Virus record (IMG/VR): IMGVR_UViG_3300045988_054873
Length of the DNA stretch: 37,747 nt
Source of the DNA: a virus
Strand: one strand, 5' to 3'
The notes under the pieces are model-generated. The model was not told where the DNA came from. It saw only the letters and a program-made list of their open reading frames with translations, and did not search any database. This document shows, in pieces, positions 16,147-24,861 of this stretch. Numbering within the stretch: position 1 is the first letter of the stretch; the number at the start of each line of letters is the position of its first letter. Both the position numbers and the translations under genes were made by a program.

Positions 16147-17780
16147 TATTTCATCAACCTCCTGATTCTCTGCTCAATTTCTTGGCTCATTTCTGGGAAT
16201 ATTTTCTTTGCCATTTCCAATGCTTTACCATCCGTATAAAACATACGTCCATACTGAGCCCAGCTTTCTTTTTCCAAGCGTCCAGACTTTTTCCAATAGT
16301 CGGTCTTGTGCGAATATCCCATTAATATATCTCCATTCGACATACCGTTCAAAATATCGGAAATCCCTCGGTACTCTTCTTTGAATTTTATTCCATATTT
16401 GCTAACCTCAAACGCTTCTGGATATTTTAAGTATAACATTTCTTCTATGCTTTTTCCATATCCTTTTGCTTGATTCCGTAGACGTCTATAATCTTTCTGA
16501 ACGGAGTTCTCTAACACCCCATTTTCCACCAAAGCATATGTATCATCAATTTCATGAAACAGCTCATGCGCTATCGTATCCGATCTTGCATCTTTTGATA
16601 AATATACTTTCTTCTCTTTTGCCGAATAATATGACTTTCTGCCACTTGATCTTGCAATCTCAGTTCTACTCAACGATTGTTTTAACAATGTCTTCACATC
16701 TTCATTCGATACTGTCTTCAGACTTTCTTTAAAGTTCTTCTTCTGTTTTGAAACGCCTGTAATTCTGTTCACTAACCGTTGTCCAATCTCTGATTCATAA
16801 GTCTCTTCTTCATGTAATTGTTTCCAATCTTCAAAATTTAATCCATGTTCTTTATAGCTGTTTATCCACTCTTCATAAGCCTCATCGTCCATATATGCTG
16901 CAACACTACAATGACATCCGGGATGCATTGGCGGAGCATTCTCTCCAGGCATCATATCATCTACCATGAAATGCTTTCCATCAAGTGCCTTGCATACCGC
17001 ACACGCATCACTGTTGCTACAGGCAATATACTCATACTCATCAAATCCATTTCTGACAAAAGACTGCTTCTGAGCCTCTGTCTGCACTCTTGCAAGCTCT
17101 GTCGTCATGAGCCTCTGCGCATTATAAGCACTGACACCGAATCTCTTCTCCAGATGCTTTGCAAGTTTCTTCGGATTCTGTCCTCTGATCAGTCCTGATG
17201 CAAGTAATCCTTCCAGCTCTGCCTTGAGCATGCCCTGATACATCCAAATACGATCCGAATATGTCGCATTCTTAAACGATGCATTCACAATTGCATGAGC
17301 GTATTTTTCATTCTTAAGAACCGACTTGCCAAGGATACCGGCTTGTCTCTGGAACTCTTTCAGCATTCTGTCGGTCAGCTTCTTGTCGAAATATTTCTGC
17401 ATCTCATCAAACCCAGACACCATCTCAAGACCGATATTTGCCTTCAGGAGTTCCAACCGGTTCACCTTCATGGTCAGATTATAGATCTGCATCTCTTCGT
17501 TTGCCTGATCAGAAAGATCTTTTGTTTCAACATACTTCTTTGCTTTTCGTTCGTATGCTGCGATATCCAGCTTGCTTACTCTTTTTTTTGCCTCAGCCAT
17601 TGTGATGCCTTCTTTAGCAGCGTACTTAGTATAGAATCCGTTGATTTCTTTGTTGATCTCATCCATCATATCGGCATAGATCTCTTCAATATTTTTCTTG
17701 TACTGCACCTCCGAGATCTGGTTTTTCATGGCGTTTTCAGCCTCTCGTTTCTTCCAATACTCACTACTCTTCATTGCCAT
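16146..17780 (-). CDS. Head morphogenesis protein (SPP1 gp7 / Mu F family) fused to a ~235-aa C-terminal HExxH domain
   Basis: 544 aa. The MuF core is ...TTELARVQTEA...CSNSDACAVCKALDGK...PPMHPGCHCSVAAY. The C-terminal extension contains AHELFHEID (HExxH at 16551..16568). Confidence 0.8.
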   Translation of the reverse strand: MAMKSSEYWKKREAENAMKNQISEVQYKKNIEEIYADMMDEINKEINGFYTKYAAKEGITMAEAKKRVSKLDIAAYERKAKKYVETKDLSDQANEEMQIYNLTMKVNRLELLKANIGLEMVSGFDEMQKYFDKKLTDRMLKEFQRQAGILGKSVLKNEKYAHAIVNASFKNATYSDRIWMYQGMLKAELEGLLASGLIRGQNPKKLAKHLEKRFGVSAYNAQRLMTTELARVQTEAQKQSFVRNGFDEYEYIACSNSDACAVCKALDGKHFMVDDMMPGENAPPMHPGCHCSVAAYMDDEAYEEWINSYKEHGLNFEDWKQLHEEETYESEIGQRLVNRITGVSKQKKNFKESLKTVSNEDVKTLLKQSLSRTEIARSSGRKSYYSAKEKKVYLSKDARSDTIAHELFHEIDDTYALVENGVLENSVQKDYRRLRNQAKGYGKSIEEMLYLKYPEAFEVSKYGIKFKEEYRGISDILNGMSNGDILMGYSHKTDYWKKSGRLEKESWAQYGRMFYTDGKALEMAKKIFPEMSQEIEQRIRRLMK

Positions 17781-19185
17781 TTACGCCTTCTCCAAGTATT
17801 TTATTGAAAACATCGACCGGTTCCTCCCCATTTCTTTCCGCATATTCTTTTATGATGGTTATCATTTCCAATATAGAGTTTTCATTTCTTCCAAGCACCA
17901 TGTACTCTGCTTTTTGATTTTCTTCCTGTTGTATTCGATCAATTTCTCCCTGCACATTGTCCACTACAGACAGTACACCAAGCTGTGTCTCTTGTGATAC
18001 GATTCCATCCAAGTTGCCGGCGATCTGACTCTCTTCCAGTACATTCGATGGAATATTCGGTGTGAAATGCGGATGAATCTTCACCCAGGCATCTTTTTTC
18101 ATTCCAGAGACCGGATTTGAAAAGATTAGCCGGTATCTCCGGTTCATTCCGGAAGTGAATTTCCGTTCTTTCGTCTTTTCCAAGTTACTCATGGCCTGCA
18201 GCTTATACTTCATGGCAATACCGGAGCTTGTCCCAAAGTTCTCATCTGAAATATTCGCAACCATGCTAATCTGGAAGATAAGCTTTTCTAATCGATCAAT
18301 CAGATGTTCCTGCGTTGTGTCTCCGTCCGGCTTCTGAAGGAAATCCACAATCATCTGCTCCGCATCTCCGTCAAAATTGATGATTCGGTCATCTCTCACA
18401 TACTTCAATTCATCTTCTTCTAGCAGAGGGCCTAAGATCGTCAGGTAGGCATCCGCAAAATAATCCACATCATTTGCCTTTTCGCTGATAGCCTTGTTAT
18501 AGGCATTGATCATGGTCAGCACCGGCTCAAAGATTCCCATTCGCTCCCTGTTCTCAACATACTCCGTGGCAGGCACTCCGTCAAAGCCATGCAGCTTCTC
18601 ATCTTCTTTCCAGACAAGCTTGCCTTTGATTGTGAACCAGCGTACTTTTTCTTCGTCAGACAGGCTACCGTGCAGGACCTGATCCGCATCAACGTACAAT
18701 CTCACAAAATAGCGTTCTCTTTGTAAGACGGAATCATCGTAGATCATGAAAGCATCCATCGGACTCAGGTAAGTAATGCAGATGTTGCTTTCCTCGTCCA
18801 CGTAATACATTTCATAGCCTTTCCCAAAGATACTGCAGATCTTGGACAACTCCGCATTGTTGTCATCCTGATCATTGTACTGATCCAACAATTCTACATA
18901 GTTCTTGACGGCTTCATCGCCATCATCTACCTGCAGTTTGATCGGATGCCCAATAAAAAAGCCGTTCATCGTATCCACGATATACTTGGCAAAATTTACT
19001 GCGATCCGGTTGTCCGGTTTCCATTTTGGCTTTTTAGCTTCTCTGAAGATCGGATACTCCGTTTCGTAGGCATCTTGTAACTGCCTGTACCGGAAGGAAC
19101 ATTCAGCAGCATGCCTGGCAATAAATTCATTCAGTTTGTTGTCCGTCAGTTCTTCCTCTGACGGCAGTCTATATAAGTTCTGCAT
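17764..19185 (-). CDS. Portal protein (SPP1 gp6-like)
   Basis: 473 aa between terL and the MuF gene. ...DNRIAVNFAKYIVDTMNGFFIGHPI... is the family motif. Confidence 0.85.
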   Translation of the reverse strand: MQNLYRLPSEEELTDNKLNEFIARHAAECSFRYRQLQDAYETEYPIFREAKKPKWKPDNRIAVNFAKYIVDTMNGFFIGHPIKLQVDDGDEAVKNYVELLDQYNDQDDNNAELSKICSIFGKGYEMYYVDEESNICITYLSPMDAFMIYDDSVLQRERYFVRLYVDADQVLHGSLSDEEKVRWFTIKGKLVWKEDEKLHGFDGVPATEYVENRERMGIFEPVLTMINAYNKAISEKANDVDYFADAYLTILGPLLEEDELKYVRDDRIINFDGDAEQMIVDFLQKPDGDTTQEHLIDRLEKLIFQISMVANISDENFGTSSGIAMKYKLQAMSNLEKTKERKFTSGMNRRYRLIFSNPVSGMKKDAWVKIHPHFTPNIPSNVLEESQIAGNLDGIVSQETQLGVLSVVDNVQGEIDRIQQEENQKAEYMVLGRNENSILEMITIIKEYAERNGEEPVDVFNKILGEGVNGNEE

Positions 19186-19186
19186 C

Positions 19187-20431
19187 TTACAGCCCTCCCT
19201 TGATATTTCTGTTCAGTCTGGCCGGAGCTTTTCTCTCCTGCTCAATGGAATAGCGTAGCATTGCCATTGCATCATCAAAAAATGGAACTGGTTCCTCCAG
19301 ATAAGTGTTTGTACGCTCATCCTTCTTCCACTTCCATTGTTGGATTTCCTTTATGGTGTTTACACAGGTCGGGTAAATGTGGATCCTGTGCTGTTTCAAA
19401 TAATCGATTTGAGCATGAACACTGTTCCGTTCCTTATTGACCGGCTTTGCCCTATATCCCGCTTTCTTCCACATCTTGATTCGATCCGGCTCTGCGGAGT
19501 CACACCACATATTAAGCCTTTTGTTAAATTTTCCCTCAGCCAACCGAATGATCTCATCCGTATCCATCTCGTACACATACAACTCACGGCACAGGAACAA
19601 CTCCCCATCCTTGAATCCAACCTCCCCAATACAGTTTGCATGGTTGAAACCAAAGTCCTGTGCATTGACCATATAGTCAAAGCGTTCCGGGCTTCGATCG
19701 AATTCTTCTACGACATAATTCTTCAGGATCAGACCGGCAACTTCGCCCCATTCACCCAAACCATAGACTCTGTATCCTTCAGGATCCACTTCCTTACGTC
19801 GAAGCATACGTCTGTGATACGCCTCATCGATGAACCGGTTGTTCTCGTAGGTAGACTGATGCGTCAGAACGTCTGGATCTTCTCGGTCAAAGAATACTTT
19901 CTTGATCCAATGATGTGCCGATACCGGATTGAACGTCAGTCTGATCTGGTAGAACTGTCCCTGTGGAAGCTCCCCTCGCAAACGGTCATCGATAATCTCA
20001 AAATCCGACTGCATGATCTCCGTGGCTTCTTCAATCCAGACATCCGTAAGCTTCCCTCGCTTAAAGGTAATAGATTTCAGCTTTTCCCGCTGTTTCTCAT
20101 CATTCATCCCTCGAAAGATGATCTTGTTATGATTGCTCTTACACTCCAGCAACATGTTAGAACTGTTGATATACCAGTACCTCTTGTACTGCTCGCCAAA
20201 CATACGAAAAATAGCACCCTGCAACTCTGCAAAAGTGCTATCTCTATTCGTGACATCTGCCTTTCGGACACACAGAAGATTGCGCCCCGGATCATTCATC
20301 AGGCGCAAAATATAGTGCTGCGCCGTGTCCATGCTCTTCCCAGATCCGGCGCTGCCACGCATCACGATGTATCGTTTCTTACTGCGATCAACTTCTTTAA
20401 AGCAGGCATTTGCCTGTAAATTTATATTCAT
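19187..20431 (-). CDS. terL: Terminase large subunit (PBSX/XtmB-type)
   Basis: 414 aa. Walker A is RGSAGSGKS. DVWIEEATE is Walker B-like. The C-terminal region is nuclease-like. Confidence 0.9.
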   Translation of the reverse strand: MNINLQANACFKEVDRSKKRYIVMRGSAGSGKSMDTAQHYILRLMNDPGRNLLCVRKADVTNRDSTFAELQGAIFRMFGEQYKRYWYINSSNMLLECKSNHNKIIFRGMNDEKQREKLKSITFKRGKLTDVWIEEATEIMQSDFEIIDDRLRGELPQGQFYQIRLTFNPVSAHHWIKKVFFDREDPDVLTHQSTYENNRFIDEAYHRRMLRRKEVDPEGYRVYGLGEWGEVAGLILKNYVVEEFDRSPERFDYMVNAQDFGFNHANCIGEVGFKDGELFLCRELYVYEMDTDEIIRLAEGKFNKRLNMWCDSAEPDRIKMWKKAGYRAKPVNKERNSVHAQIDYLKQHRIHIYPTCVNTIKEIQQWKWKKDERTNTYLEEPVPFFDDAMAMLRYSIEQERKAPARLNRNIKGGL

Positions 20432-20877
20432 CCAGTATCATCCTCACCGTAGTCAATCGTGATGTTGAGGTCCAGATCAGTATCCATGTCAACCTTGTCA
20501 GTATACAGTCCATACCGCTTTCCAAGCAGTTCAGCAGCCTTTAGCCTGTCTTTCTCTGATGGTGCTTTCTCTATCGCCCTCGCTGTGCTGCATCCGTCGC
20601 CTATTCCTTCCACAACGATTTCTTCCGATGTGGATTCTCCACGCATGACGCTTGTCAGGTACTCGATTACTTCCTGGGCATCGGCCGTCTTTTCGTTGTG
20701 GATTTCTTCCATCCGGTCATCTATATATTTTTGAACCTCAGCATTTCTGAGCAATCTCCCTCCATTTGTTGCCGCCACAACATCATTTTTTATATTTTTA
20801 TAAACTGCCTTGTAAGCCCGGGTGGCGTTACAATCAATCAGGTACTCATCACAAAATCTTTTCTGTTTTTCAGTCAC
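20428..20877 (-). CDS. terS: Terminase small subunit (Terminase_2-type)
   Basis: GTG start (SD GGGAGGTG). MTEKQKRFCDEYLIDCNATRAYKAVY... is the canonical terS N-terminus. Confidence 0.85.
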   Translation of the reverse strand: MTEKQKRFCDEYLIDCNATRAYKAVYKNIKNDVVAATNGGRLLRNAEVQKYIDDRMEEIHNEKTADAQEVIEYLTSVMRGESTSEEIVVEGIGDGCSTARAIEKAPSEKDRLKAAELLGKRYGLYTDKVDMDTDLDLNITIDYGEDDTG

Positions 20878-20904
20878 TCAGACTCACCTCCCATTCACTC
20901 CAAT

Positions 20905-20931
20905 AGAAAAAGGCAACCCTTTCGGATCACC
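20905..20931 (-). terminator. Strand-specific GNRA-tetraloop hairpin plus U-tract in the terS leader
   Basis: Minus-strand GGUGAUCC-GAAA-GGGUUGCC followed by UUUUUCU. Three G-U pairs mean it forms only in the minus-strand RNA. Confidence 0.4.
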
Positions 20932-21013
20932 TTCTTCTGAGAGCTTTTCATCTATGAAATTTTTGGCTTTTTAACATACTAGCACGATTTTAGCGAACAT
21001 TGCCGAACATTTT

Positions 21014-21484
21014 TTAATTTTCTTCAATTTTTTCAAAATATCTTTTGTTCCGCATCCGGCAACTGTCTTCCGTGTACTTGATCCGGCGCTTAGGGAAGAC
21101 CTGATTCATTCGGAGTGCGACCTGATACCATGTCAGATTATCCAGATAATACAGCCGGAACATCATCCGCAGCTCACTCTTGTCAATTCCGTCTATGTAC
21201 TCCTCCACCTGGATCTGCTTTTCCAACAGGTCACTTTCCAGAAGCATCAGCTTCGCTTTCCGCTTCTTCAGCAGACCGATCCGGCGATTGATCTCCATAT
21301 TCGGAAAGCCTTTGATCTTGACCGTCCGCAGCGGCTTCTTTCCTTTCTTCCCGCAAGTCACGGAATCTGAAACAATGGTCTGGCTCAGCTGATTGATCTT
21401 TTTCTGATCATCCTGGATTCTTCTCCTCAAGTCTTTAATTTCTTCCAACATGTCTACATACTCAACCAGAATGTTTCTTTCCAT
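21014..21484 (-). CDS. Late-gene transcriptional regulator (sigma-70 region-4-like / ArpU-RinA-type)
   Basis: ATG at 21484 (SD GGAGGGAG). N-terminal coiled coil and C-terminal ...FRLYYLDNLTWYQVALRMN... HTH. Lies immediately upstream of terS. Confidence 0.55.
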   Translation of the reverse strand: MERNILVEYVDMLEEIKDLRRRIQDDQKKINQLSQTIVSDSVTCGKKGKKPLRTVKIKGFPNMEINRRIGLLKKRKAKLMLLESDLLEKQIQVEEYIDGIDKSELRMMFRLYYLDNLTWYQVALRMNQVFPKRRIKYTEDSCRMRNKRYFEKIEEN

Positions 21485-21704
21485 CGGTCTCTCCCTCCAA
21501 GTCCGCCTCAATGTCATACTTCTCCGCCAGATATCCGATCAGCGTTCGGTGCTCCAGTTGTCTCCCCTGCGCCTGCACCATGCTCCCTGCCTGATATGCC
21601 GGTCTGCGAAACCGTTCTCTGGCTGCCTCGTCTACTCTCTTTTCAAAGACATCGTCCTTGCGGAGTTTATCATATGCCTTTGTTTTCTTGTCTCGTCCTC
21701 GCAA
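21462..21704 (-). CDS. Hypothetical basic protein (80 aa)
   Basis: ORF only. No motif recognised. Confidence 0.45.
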   Translation of the reverse strand: MRGRDKKTKAYDKLRKDDVFEKRVDEAARERFRRPAYQAGSMVQAQGRQLEHRTLIGYLAEKYDIEADLEGETDGKKHSG

Positions 21705-21710
21705 TCATAT

Positions 21711-22100
21711 CTACCTCCTTGATTCCAGGTTCTCTTCGTCAGTTACCTCGCGGTATCGTTTTGGTAATGGCATCCAGGCATTGACGAATATGCCATACTT
21801 TGAATAGGGTTCGTCATCATCTCCCGGATAGAAGCTGCCACCCTCATCATCTTCTTCATATCTTGCGATATCTACCATTGTTGCATTTTCAAACGATACA
21901 AGGATATAACTTTCATCCTTCGGTGTTTGCTCAGTTATCGGAATCCATTTGCTAGGGACATTTGTGTCCTTAGCGTCAACAGATTCTACTTCTTCCAAGA
22001 TGCAAGATATATCATCGTCCAGTGTTCCGTCTTCTCTTGTATGCTTGTCTATTGCTTTTATTACATCCATTTCAAGCAAACATCTATCTTTATTTCTCAC
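21711..22100 (-). CDS. DUF551-like protein
   Basis: The C-terminus ...KWIPITEQTPKDESYILV...FVNAWMPLPKRY matches the DUF551 pattern. The GTG at 22100 overlaps the upstream stop (GTGA). An alternative ATG lies at 22121. Confidence 0.55.
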   Translation of the reverse strand: MRNKDRCLLEMDVIKAIDKHTREDGTLDDDISCILEEVESVDAKDTNVPSKWIPITEQTPKDESYILVSFENATMVDIARYEEDDEGGSFYPGDDDEPYSKYGIFVNAWMPLPKRYREVTDEENLESRR

Positions 22101-22312
22101 TTTTGCTCTACCTCCTTCCATCGTTTTTCAAAATCCTCTCTTGGTATCATGAAAGTTATATTTTTTCTTGATAGCTTAACATGCATTCCACCTTTTTCAG
22201 TTACATCCCATTTCTGCTGTGGAAAGCAATGTATCATCACTTCTGCATCACCAGAAAATGTTGCTACCCTGTACATTATGTACGTTTTAGTCCTTGCTTT
22301 CATTTGCTCCAC
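22097..22312 (-). CDS. Hypothetical protein (71 aa)
   Basis: ORF in the operon with coupled ends. Confidence 0.45.
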   Translation of the reverse strand: MEQMKARTKTYIMYRVATFSGDAEVMIHCFPQQKWDVTEKGGMHVKLSRKNITFMIPREDFEKRWKEVEQK

Positions 22313-22766
22313 CTTTTATCAACTCAAACCTGTATTTCTGTTTTGCATCTGGATATTTCTTCCGGTCAACCTCACTCACGAACATACCGTATGGTCTGCA
22401 CCAGATAGATCCGTCTGTATATTCATACACCACATAAAACTGTCCCGGTGCTTCCGTGTTTTGACCAATAGCAAGCACTTTGACTGTGTTTCCTTTGAAA
22501 TGCTTGTATACTTTTCCGATTTCAACTTTCCGATCAGTTTCTACAGGATATTTGTTCGGAAAATACTTTTCACAATCTGCCAGATCACAATTTTTATCTA
22601 ACAGTGGATTTCTTTCACTCCAATCAGATACTTCTGTTTCTTCAACGTGTACGTGGCGTGGAAATAGTCCACAATATCCATTGAAAAGAAAATTTTCCAT
22701 TGATTCTTTATCGTAATACTCATTTTCCGTCACAATATATCCGCTCACCTTAAATATCTTCGCCAT
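22287..22766 (-). CDS. DUF1653-domain protein
   Basis: The C-terminus KVYKHFKGNTVKVLAIGQNTEAPGQFYVVYEY...WCRPYGMFVSEVD...YRFELI matches the DUF1653 pattern. Confidence 0.6.
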   Translation of the reverse strand: MAKIFKVSGYIVTENEYYDKESMENFLFNGYCGLFPRHVHVEETEVSDWSERNPLLDKNCDLADCEKYFPNKYPVETDRKVEIGKVYKHFKGNTVKVLAIGQNTEAPGQFYVVYEYTDGSIWCRPYGMFVSEVDRKKYPDAKQKYRFELIKGGANESKD

Positions 22767-23139
22767 TTTTTACACCGCCTTTCACAAGTTCTTCCAGTTC
22801 GTGCCCTATCGGTTTCCACAGATGCAAGCAGTTTTCTGATATGTTCACATATTCCGATTTTTTCGGATGAATCTGATACGCTTCTTCCTCGTCCCTGAAG
22901 AAAATATCTTTCAGCGCACACATATCATCCCATGACGGAATCCTGTATCTATGTTTTGGTGATACACTTACGTGTTCATATCCATCCTCATTGTTTCCAA
23001 ACGCAACAGAACACGTTCCGCAATCCGGCAGCTTAACAAAACCGTACATAATACCACCGATTATTTTTATATCCCACACTTTACCGCTTTCCATGATCTC
23101 TTTATATGCTCTCATTTCATCCTCACTGTCATTCTTCAT
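22750..23139 (-). CDS. Hypothetical phage protein (129 aa)
   Basis: ORF with the motif ...HVSVSPKHRYRIPSWDDMCALKDIFF...YQIHPKKSEYVNISENCLHLW, which recurs in phage proteins of unknown function. Confidence 0.5.
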   Translation of the reverse strand: MKNDSEDEMRAYKEIMESGKVWDIKIIGGIMYGFVKLPDCGTCSVAFGNNEDGYEHVSVSPKHRYRIPSWDDMCALKDIFFRDEEEAYQIHPKKSEYVNISENCLHLWKPIGHELEELVKGGVKNGEDI

Positions 23140-23557
23140 AATTCATTACAATTTTAATTACTTTTACAAGTACTTTTTGAATCTGGTCATAAATGTGATG
23201 ATCGTCACTTCCAAAGTGTGAATACAGTCTTGCATCTTCTTTTCCTCTGCCATAGCAATCTTCCATAAATTCAAAGCAGTATACATCATCTTCCTGAATG
23301 ATTTCCCCGTTTTCTCTCCATTCGTAGAGAATGCGATTTTCCACCATATCATTTACAACATCTTCAGAATCTTTATCGTCATTCAAATGTCGTACACAGC
23401 AATCAATATATCCAAGCTTGTCGCAATATCTATATTCTTTTGCCGTTTCTTCCGTATATCCCTTGAATGACTCTATGATCTGCTCTTCAAAATCTTCCGG
23501 CAGATTAAAAACATCTACAATCACACCTCTCGGCAACTCTACACTATAACTTCTCAT
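23129..23557 (-). CDS. Hypothetical acidic protein (142 aa)
   Basis: ORF only. Confidence 0.5.
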   Translation of the reverse strand: MRSYSVELPRGVIVDVFNLPEDFEEQIIESFKGYTEETAKEYRYCDKLGYIDCCVRHLNDDKDSEDVVNDMVENRILYEWRENGEIIQEDDVYCFEFMEDCYGRGKEDARLYSHFGSDDHHIYDQIQKVLVKVIKIVMNYEE

Positions 23558-23852
23558 TTACTCCACCTCCCACAATCTCGATTGCTTTCCCAAATGCTTC
23601 GAATCTTCCCTGACTTCTTCCGTCACAAAAGATCTCTTCACCATCACAACATCCGCTCTCGTCGCAATTATCCGATCTGTCCTGTTCTGCTTTCTTCAAT
23701 TTTTCCAACCGCTCCACAACTTCATCCACATCAAACCCTATCGGTTGCGAATTCACTGCATCAATAATATCTTTCTGTGTATGTCCGATTCCATTTCCAA
23801 TATCCCACGCTTTTATGTATTCAACTAACGTTTCCGCATCAATCAATCTCAT
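23544..23852 (-). CDS. Hypothetical protein (102 aa), Cys-rich acidic centre
   Basis: ORF only. Confidence 0.5.
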   Translation of the reverse strand: MRLIDAETLVEYIKAWDIGNGIGHTQKDIIDAVNSQPIGFDVDEVVERLEKLKKAEQDRSDNCDESGCCDGEEIFCDGRSQGRFEAFGKAIEIVGGGVNEKL

Positions 23853-23974
23853 ATTTTTCGCACACCTCCAACTTCTTCAAGTCCTTGATAAGCCACTTCC
23901 ATACGTTTCCCATCTTTTATAAGTTCGATATAATCTCCTTTGTAAATCTTCGTCAAAAACTTCTTAAGTTTCAT
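23849..23974 (-). CDS. 41-aa ORF (candidate), coupled at both ends
   Basis: SD GAGGTGGAAG. MKLKKFLTKIYKGDYIELIKDGKRMEVAYQGLEEVGGVRKI. Overlaps the neighbouring start and stop codons. Confidence 0.3.
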   Translation of the reverse strand: MKLKKFLTKIYKGDYIELIKDGKRMEVAYQGLEEVGGVRKI

Positions 23975-24185
23975 ATACTTCCACCTCTTTTCCAACGCTT
24001 TTACAAAAGTCTAAATAATCGTCAACAGCGTTTTCAAATTCACTCATGAGAACCCAAAAATTTTTGGCTTCATAATTCACCAAATCTCTTGTGTTTTTGA
24101 TCTTTCCGTAATAGCATCTATCGTCAAAACTAAATTCTATTGTTCCTGTATAGCCCCGGTATGGAGCGAAATATCCAATAAACAT
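23964..24185 (-). CDS. HicB-like antitoxin N-terminal-domain protein (no DNA-binding domain, no adjacent HicA)
   Basis: 73 aa. ...YRGYTGTIEFSFDDRCYYGKIKNTRDLVNYEAKNFWVLMSEFENAVDDYLDFCKSVGKE matches the HicB-like pattern Y-G-x-(V/I)E-x-S-x-(E/D)D...GK...DL(I/V)xYE...AVDDYLxxC...GKE. Confidence 0.55.
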   Translation of the reverse strand: MFIGYFAPYRGYTGTIEFSFDDRCYYGKIKNTRDLVNYEAKNFWVLMSEFENAVDDYLDFCKSVGKEVEVYET

Positions 24186-24186
24186 T

Positions 24187-24861
24187 TCACGTACCTCTCA
24201 ATCCAGATTTCACATTTTCAAGTTTCTCTGCAATATCACCAGACATTTCAGATATCTCTGTAGCGTCCGTATTACGCCCTGTTTTCGATTTTCTACCGTC
24301 ATCCATACAAACTATAGCCTTTTCGTTTTTAAGACGTAATAAAGCCGAATACGATGTTTTATTCACATCCTCAATTCTGTGTTGGATATCAGATGGCATT
24401 TTGTCGAAATCTTTCTGCTTTTCTGCTAGTGCTCTGTATACTCTTCCGAACTGTGCCGAAACAACTCCCTCGTTGTAATCTTGATCCAGTGCCCATACTC
24501 GCAACTGAGATGGTGATCCAACCGCTTTCTGGATAATTGGTGGAAACTTCTCAAATTCTTCCACTGAGTAATAACCGCATCTGCTAAGAGAACTTCTTAC
24601 GATCGCCCAAGCTTCTGTTTCCGAAAGTAGTTCTGGCTGAGTAACGACTTGAATTTTCTCAATCAGTTGTCCAGGTGTAGGAGCAAATCCACTTGTACTT
24701 GTTTTCAAATACATCTTCAATGCAACGCTAACTTGTTCGTATGTGTACTCTGACATAGCATCTGCCCAAGTAGCTGCTGCCAGTTCTGTATCAATTGGCT
24801 TATAGTTTGGATAAGTCACCATGAATACCGCTATCAACTTTCTTGCATCTTTAATTGTCAT
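24187..24861 (-). CDS. Helicase loader-like protein (SPP1 G39P-type)
   Basis: ...AVFMVTYPNYKPIDTELAAATWADAMSEYTYEQVSVALKMYLKTSTSGFAPTPGQLI resembles the G39P loader family. Follows the replisome organizer. Confidence 0.55.
   Translation of the reverse strand: MTIKDARKLIAVFMVTYPNYKPIDTELAAATWADAMSEYTYEQVSVALKMYLKTSTSGFAPTPGQLIEKIQVVTQPELLSETEAWAIVRSSLSRCGYYSVEEFEKFPPIIQKAVGSPSQLRVWALDQDYNEGVVSAQFGRVYRALAEKQKDFDKMPSDIQHRIEDVNKTSYSALLRLKNEKAIVCMDDGRKSKTGRNTDATEISEMSGDIAEKLENVKSGLRGT

Noticed and set aside
19337-20419. 360-aa plus-strand ORF
   Set aside because: It is antisense shadow of terL, which has unambiguous Walker motifs. It has no SD, and the sequence is Leu/Ile/Phe-rich and low in information.
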